Of a DNA stretch of 40,054 nt, positions 34,514 to 40,054 are shown piece by piece. The notes below the pieces were generated by a model. It ran no database searches. It saw only the letters and a program-made list of their open reading frames with translations, and was not told the DNA's origin. Positions within the stretch are counted from its first letter, which is position 1, and each line of letters starts with the position of its first letter. The DNA lies in assembly GCA_037440465.1 (NCBI GenBank), contig JBBIUB010000010.1:1919-41972 (forward strand), read 5' to 3'. A program made the translations under genes and the position numbers. This stretch comes from Coprothermobacterota bacterium. GTDB taxonomy: Bacteria > Coprothermobacterota > HKB111.

Positions 34514-34633
34514 AACAATATAATTTTACCCTCTTCTTTAAAAAGATTGTACCCTCTTATGGTCTTTCAACTATAAGAAACCCGGAGAGCTTTCCTTATT
34601 TACCAGTGTTCTTATAAATAAAAGTAGATATCG

Positions 34634-35944
34634 TCAGGGAGCTCTCGGTGGTGTAACCTCTTGCCAGGTATTCATTAATATCTCTACAGATATGTCATCA
34701 ATATCTTCAGCATCACTATCTGGGTTATCAATTCTCAAGTCTAACCCTTCTGATAAAGCTGGTCTGTAATTTACATCAACAGTACCACTAAGGTTTATAT
34801 CCTGCCTGCTGGCCAAGGCACCATTAATTCTGAAAGTTCCTGATAAAGCAAGACTGCCAGTAGTATAAAAAAAGCCATTCATGTCAGCTGTTCCTGTAGC
34901 TTTATTATTTATATCTCCTCCAGCTAAAATTCCGAAGGGAGTTGTAGCAGACCCCATCTGGGAACAACCACTAATAGTTACACTTCCTGTAACTACCAGT
35001 AACATTTTCTGGGTGTTTACGAAGTTCCCGGTTATTTTAACGTTTCCATCTACAAATATTATTATCTGGCCATCTTTGTTACTGTCTGTCCAGGTTCCGT
35101 TGTAGGATGGGAAAGTCTGGTTACCTGGTAAGACCATATCAGCAATAGATCTGTAGTATGGAAAGTCAATTCCAGGGAAAGTAATGGAGGGTTGGCCTGG
35201 GTTTTGGGCGGTCTTTCCGGCTCTTGGCACTATTTTACCCACTCCAGTAATGTTAGCTGCACTGTAAGCCTCTCCTCCATCAATACGGAGCTGGTTTTTA
35301 GCATTTCCAAGGTTTAAAGTGCTATTGGAGAAAGCTCCACCGCCAATAACCTTGGCATTACCGGAGAAATTCAACTTGGCTCCCCCTGCCATCCCATAAC
35401 CAAAACCATCCCACCTTAATCCCGGAATAGATGGAGCTGTGCCGGTTAAATGTGTAGTTTTTGCTCGCATCGTTATTTCTCTAGGTAGAAGCCTTCTCCC
35501 ATCTTTGTAAAATGCTCCTCTTGAGGAGATAGTGTATGTTTTTTCAGTTGTTGTTAAAGTATAGTTGAATCCATCAATCAATTCAGTTTCAGTATGGGTT
35601 TCAGTGCTGTCGCATGTATAAATCACAGTAGCAGAGAGCGTCCCTGGAGCACGAGTTCTTACATAAGGATTTGATATGGTATGAGATGAACCATCTGTTA
35701 ATGCTAATAAGGCGGTATAATTAACTGGTGTTAAAAGAGAGCCACCCTTATTTCTAAAATCAGTGGTAGTTTTATAAATAGCGCTCTCTGTGTGATAAAA
35801 AACCTCTCTTGCCACCCTGGCGTTAGTGCTTACTCTTGATTCTACAATGGTAGAAGCGTAGTACACACCTGATGCTGTTACCAGAATCCCACCCAGGATT
35901 AAAATCAATAGATAAGATATACCTTTATTGTTCACTTTTTTCAC
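34634..35944 (-). CDS. PilX-like minor pilin with large Gly/Asn-rich C-terminal domain
   Basis: KG|ISYLL start lacking Glu5 (PilX/GspK trait), YTISSRG, C-terminal IIFVDGNVKITG repeats, ends WQEV. Confidence 0.7.
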   Translation of the reverse strand: MKKVNNKGISYLLILILGGILVTASGVYYASTIVESRVSTNARVAREVFYHTESAIYKTTTDFRNKGGSLLTPVNYTALLALTDGSSHTISNPYVRTRAPGTLSATVIYTCDSTETHTETELIDGFNYTLTTTEKTYTISSRGAFYKDGRRLLPREITMRAKTTHLTGTAPSIPGLRWDGFGYGMAGGAKLNFSGNAKVIGGGAFSNSTLNLGNAKNQLRIDGGEAYSAANITGVGKIVPRAGKTAQNPGQPSITFPGIDFPYYRSIADMVLPGNQTFPSYNGTWTDSNKDGQIIIFVDGNVKITGNFVNTQKMLLVVTGSVTISGCSQMGSATTPFGILAGGDINNKATGTADMNGFFYTTGSLALSGTFRINGALASRQDINLSGTVDVNYRPALSEGLDLRIDNPDSDAEDIDDISVEILMNTWQEVTPPRAP

Positions 35945-35950
35945 CTCCTT

Positions 35951-36502
35951 TTAATTTCTTGGATAAGCTAAGCTTACATAACTTACTTTTGCTTTACTTA
36001 CTAATTCTCCTACCATGAAAATGGTCATACCTTCACGATAGGTAAATAAAAGATAGGATAAAGCCTTTATACGGTCAGATACCGGCTCATTATCTGTGGG
36101 TGTTCTTCCGAGGATTTCAGCTCTGTTCGTATCCTGCCAGCTATTTAACCAGTTAATTCCTGCTGCACTGTACACTTTCCTGAATACTTGTGATTCACGC
36201 CCGGTTGATACAATATGATATCTCACTACAGTAGTTCCGTTATCGGGTGTAAAGAATAGTTCAAATGACATCTTATCTACAGATGGTTCCAGTAAGTTTG
36301 TGAATCGAATACCGTTTAGCTCATTGGTTATAATCTGAATAGTGTTTCTGAAGTTTTCCTGAACTTGGACTTTCTCCAATCTTTTTGCCTGGTATTTAGT
36401 AAAATTTATAGCCAGGGTAGCAACCGCTAACACTACCAACAAAATCAAGCCCAGGGATATTATAACTTCTAAGAGAGTAAAACCTTTACTGGTATTTTTC
36501 AT
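35951..36502 (-). CDS. PilW-like prepilin
   Basis: KG|FTLLE signal; QENFR..IQII..EL; C-terminal PRN. Confidence 0.8.
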   Translation of the reverse strand: MKNTSKGFTLLEVIISLGLILLVVLAVATLAINFTKYQAKRLEKVQVQENFRNTIQIITNELNGIRFTNLLEPSVDKMSFELFFTPDNGTTVVRYHIVSTGRESQVFRKVYSAAGINWLNSWQDTNRAEILGRTPTDNEPVSDRIKALSYLLFTYREGMTIFMVGELVSKAKVSYVSLAYPRN

Positions 36503-36509
36503 CTCTTCA

Positions 36510-37313
36510 TTACCTTCTATAGGTAGTAGTTCCCTTTACTTCATAAGTTTGCTGATTTCCTTTGATTCTCCAGTTTACTATTATTGTCACATTGTACTCG
36601 TAAATATTGACTGATAATTGTGTTCCTGTAACAACAAGTTGGTAATTCAAATCCGGTGATTCCATAATCCTGAAAGGAGGAAATGAATTGATAATTACTC
36701 TGTAGATACCACTTCCATCGGAAGTCTCAGAAAAATTAATGGTTGCAGGAAAGAGATTGTTCAAATTTAACAATTTTTCGTCAGCGTTTTCTCCTGCTAA
36801 GCCTGCAGGGAGACTATCAAACCCTTCAATGGTGAAAATATTGGGGAACAGTGCTCCATAAGGGGCAACTTCACTGATAAAAAGCTCACCCATTTTAAAT
36901 CGGGGTTGATTATCTGGGAAATTACTTGCATTAGCAGCGTAGTCATAAATCTCATCAATATGATCCTGAATCTCTTCATAAGTTGCTCCGTTTAATTCAA
37001 GAACTTTATACCCTCCTTCAGGAGGAGGTAAATTTGGGACCATGGGTTTGTATATTCCGCCCTGTGGATCAGGGGTACCTGGCTTATATAAAATATTATG
37101 AGGTCCAGCAGCCATGAAATATTCCAAGAGGAACTGGGCTATGTATTCAGCTGAAGTTCCAAGTTCAGTTCTGGTTTCAAGAGCAATACCAACAGTATAG
37201 ATAGAAGCAATACCAGTGAAAATCACAAAGAAGATAGTTACTGATACAATAATTTCTACCAGTGTAAAACCACCGGTTATTTTCCCTCGACTAGTTCTAT
37301 TAGCTTTAAACAT
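36510..37313 (-). CDS. PilV-like prepilin
   Basis: GG|FTLVE signal; A..IAQ..LE; C-terminal VTIIVNW strand. Confidence 0.8.
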   Translation of the reverse strand: MFKANRTSRGKITGGFTLVEIIVSVTIFFVIFTGIASIYTVGIALETRTELGTSAEYIAQFLLEYFMAAGPHNILYKPGTPDPQGGIYKPMVPNLPPPEGGYKVLELNGATYEEIQDHIDEIYDYAANASNFPDNQPRFKMGELFISEVAPYGALFPNIFTIEGFDSLPAGLAGENADEKLLNLNNLFPATINFSETSDGSGIYRVIINSFPPFRIMESPDLNYQLVVTGTQLSVNIYEYNVTIIVNWRIKGNQQTYEVKGTTTYRR

Positions 37314-37414
37314 ATCTACTCACTTCCTCCATCTGTTCCAGGGCCCCCATGGCGTCCATTTAGAGAGTCTCCATGAAAGCACCTTACAACCGCTAAAACT
37401 AACATAATTGTCGT

Positions 37415-37443
37415 AATATAACATAGATATAATTATTTGTCAA
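37415..37443 (-). promoter_or_regulatory. sigma70 promoter of the minor-pilin operon
   Basis: Minus strand TTGACA-17 nt-TATATT with TG extended -10. Confidence 0.65.
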
Positions 37444-37477
37444 GGGGTGTTGAAGATACAAAAATTCAAATTTATGG

Positions 37478-37822
37478 GCTCTCTGTTAATATAATCCTAT
37501 TATTGTCCTGAACATGGTTTATAGGCTGTTTGGAAATTTCAATTGAATATAAGATGGTAAAAAAATAAAAATAAGATATTGAAACGATTTTAAGAGGATA
37601 TTAAACATGTGGTCATTCCGAAATTGGTTTAAAATTTCATTACAGGATAATGAACTAAATTTAAGGCTACGAGCTCTCTGTTAATTTATTCCTATTATTG
37701 TCCTGAACAAGGTTTATATGTTGTATGGGAATCTAAAAAAATAGGAGATGTTGAAAGAAATGAAAAGAGAGATCCTTAAAATAAATTCAGGATGACAAAA
37801 GAAGGGTGAATTCAGGATGACA
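37478..37822. repeat. Tandem degenerate duplication of a REP-like element
   Basis: 46-bp direct repeat (37478-37523, 37673-37718; 3 mismatches), 195 bp apart, ending in two AATTCAGGATGACA copies. Confidence 0.7.
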
Positions 37823-37826
37823 AGAA

Positions 37827-40054
37827 TTAGCAGGTGCTGCCGTGCATTTCTCCCTTTTCGTATTTTTCTATTCGTACCGCAGTGACTTTAGTCTCAGGTG
37901 TTTTGGCTGTAGGGTCTAAAGCCAGATTGGTGAGAATATTGGTGGGTGTCTCGGTAAAATGGAAGGTCATGGATACCAGTCCTGGAGGGGAAATCCCAGT
38001 TATTTTTGTCTTAACAACCACTTCACCCCGGCGAGAGATTACCCTTACCAGCTCTCCATTCTTAATACCATGAGTCTCTGCATCCTGTGGATTTATCTCC
38101 AGAAGCTCTTCCTTCATAAGAGTATTGAGCCCCTCTACTTTGCAGGTTAAGGTGGCGTGGTAGTGGTAAAGACTCCTTTTTGTAGTAAGGATGAAGGGGT
38201 AGTCAGTAGTTACATGTTCTGCTGAAGGTTTATAGTCTAAAGGTGTAAGTTTACCCTTTCCGCTGGGAGTAAGAAATTTCTCCTTATAAAGATATGGTGT
38301 TCCAGGATGTTCTGGAGTTGGACAGGGCCATTGAATTCCACCCTTTTCTAATCTTTCATAGGTTATTCCACCGTAGCTGGGTACAAGTGAGCTTGCTTCT
38401 TTCAGCACTTCTTCAAAGTCTTTATAATCAAAACCATTAGCCCCCATTTCATTAGCTAACTCACAGATAATTTCCAGGTCAGTACGGGCATTGCCTACAG
38501 GCGGGATAACTTTATTCACTTTTTGGACCCTTCTTTCAGTGTTGGTGAAGGTACCTTCTTTTTCAGCAAAACTCACAGCAGGGAGAATAACATGAGCATA
38601 TTTAGAAGACTCGTTAAAGAACAGGTCTTGAAGGATAATAAACTCTGCACTGGCCAGACTGCTACGCACAACTTTGCTGCAGGCCATATTAAGAGCAGGG
38701 TCTGAACCAACCAGGTACAAAGCTTTGATTCTACCTTCTGTTACCGCTGGTAGAATTTCAGGCATGGTTAGACCAGGTGTTTCATTAAGCTCTGCACCCC
38801 AGGCACTGGAAAACTTTTCTCTGACCTGTGGGTCAACTATTCTTTGATAGCCAGGATAAACATTGGGAAGGTTTCCCATATCACAGGCGCCCTGTACATT
38901 ATTCTGTCCCCTGAGGGGATTAAGCCCAGTGGATGGCTTCCCTATATTACCCGTAATAAGAACCAGGTTTGCCAGGGCAAAGACATTGTCAGTACCATGG
39001 GAGTGCTGGGTGATACCCATAGCATAGAGTATAGTCCCTGGTTTATGGGTAGCATAAATCCTGGCAGCATTTCTTATCTTCTCTCTATCTACACCGGTTA
39101 TTTCTTCCACTCTTTGAAGATCAAAGAAGTTCAGTGATTTTTTAAACTCTTCAAAGTTTTCTGTTCTTTCTTCAATAAAAGAGGAGTCTGCAAGACCTTC
39201 TTCTACGATTACCCTGGCCATGCCCATAAAAAGAGCTACATCCGTTCCAGGTCTATGATTGAGCCAGAGGTGAGCTGATTCGCAGAGTTTAATCTTGAGA
39301 GGGTCAGCTACAATTAGAGTAGACCCTTTTCTGACAGCCTCTCTTATTTTACTACCAATAATAGGGTGACCTTCGGTGGTGTTGGAGCCTATTACAAGAA
39401 TACAGTTAGCTTTTCCTATCTCTTCAATTGTGTTTGTCATTGCTCCGCTTCCAAAAACAGTAGCCAGACCGGCCACTGAGGGAGCATGTCAGAGACGAGC
39501 ACAGTGGTCTATATGGTTGGTTTTTATGACGGTTCTAGCAAACTTCTGAAGGATATAAGCTTCTTCGTTAGTGACCTTAGCAGAGGTTAGAAAAGCTACC
39601 TCGTCGCCATTATAAGAGGAGAGTTTCTTTGCAATATAGTCCAGGGCTTCTTCCCAGGAGACTTCTACCAACCCATCGCCCTTCCTAATGAGGGGGTTCT
39701 TGATACGGTCCTGGCTGTGAACAAACTCGTAACCGTAACGACCTTTTACACATAGTTGACCCTTGTTGACAAAGTTATTTCTATCACCTTTTACCCCAAC
39801 GAGAGTATTTCCCCTGACCCCCAGGACAATTCCACAACCAACTCCACAGTAAGGACAGACCGTTTTAACTTCTCGAGATGGCACCTGTTCATTTTTAGGT
39901 AGAAGGGCACCCACCGGGCATCTCGCCACGCATTCTCCGCAGGACTCGCACCGTGATTCCAGAATGGGTCTGTTGCCAAAAGTACTCACCATGGTGTCAA
40001 ATCCCCGGAAGGAAAAGTCAATGGCTTCTGCTCCCTGAATTTCTTCACAGGTTC
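37827..40054 (-). CDS. fdhF: Selenocysteine-containing formate dehydrogenase alpha subunit (5'-partial; NuoG-like Fe-S N-terminus)
   Basis: The two track ORFs are one frame joined by TGA at 39489-39491 in DHCARL-U-HAPSVAGL; CPYCGVGC, PLRGQNNVQGACDMG, GTFTNTERRVQ; frame open to window end. Confidence 0.93.
39458..39478 (-). promoter_or_regulatory. Bacterial SECIS element
   Basis: CAGTGGCC-GGTCT-GGCTACTG hairpin starting 10 nt after the in-frame UGA, resembling the fdhF SECIS. Confidence 0.85.

Noticed and set aside
37320..37410. Possible c-di-GMP riboswitch before the pilin operon
   Set aside because: No GCAAA/GAAA tetraloop-receptor GEMM pattern; only a weak CATGG/CCATG stem.
37478..37718. 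Direct repeat as CRISPR or prophage att sites
   Set aside because: Two copies only, similarity continues into the intervening DNA, and no integrase or cas gene is present.
39476..39491. fdhF as a nonsense pseudogene or two genes
   Set aside because: The TGA is at the Sec position and is followed by a SECIS hairpin.

Overview
AT-rich bacterial chromosomal window, probably from an anaerobe (inferred from a selenocysteine formate dehydrogenase, ferredoxin and radical SAM enzymes). Housekeeping and metabolic content: a TIGR03960/TIGR03936 radical SAM pair; an ascorbate-family PTS (IIC, IIB, inverted IIA) with two SIS proteins and HPr; CvpA; two lipoproteins; RidA; an MFS transporter and a permease; an Asp-box double beta-propeller; an M16 peptidase; tRNA-Ala-leuS-comEA-comEC-holA; an isoaspartyl peptidase; a ferredoxin; four minor-pilin-like genes; and the 3' part of a Sec-containing FDH alpha subunit with its SECIS. 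The most notable items are: (1) a compact DUF1659-DUF2922-amidase-YvrJ cassette punctuated by long RNA hairpins, whose YvrJ gene is missing from the ORF track and which looks like a minimal lysis/release module; (2) an animal-type (CD109/C3-like) thioester protein with GCGEQ and the catalytic His, behind an ECF-sigma-like promoter and without pbpC; (3) an unannotated SCIFF/ranthipeptide precursor with only 3 Cys, next to a maturase that also lacks a normally conserved Cys; (4) a RAYT-type HUH transposase bracketed by doubled inverted repeats, sitting between comEC and holA; (5) several dispersed REP-like palindrome families, one apparently translated inside a signal peptide. Family assignments come from motif recognition by eye; no searches were run. 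No CRISPR array or rRNA was seen.
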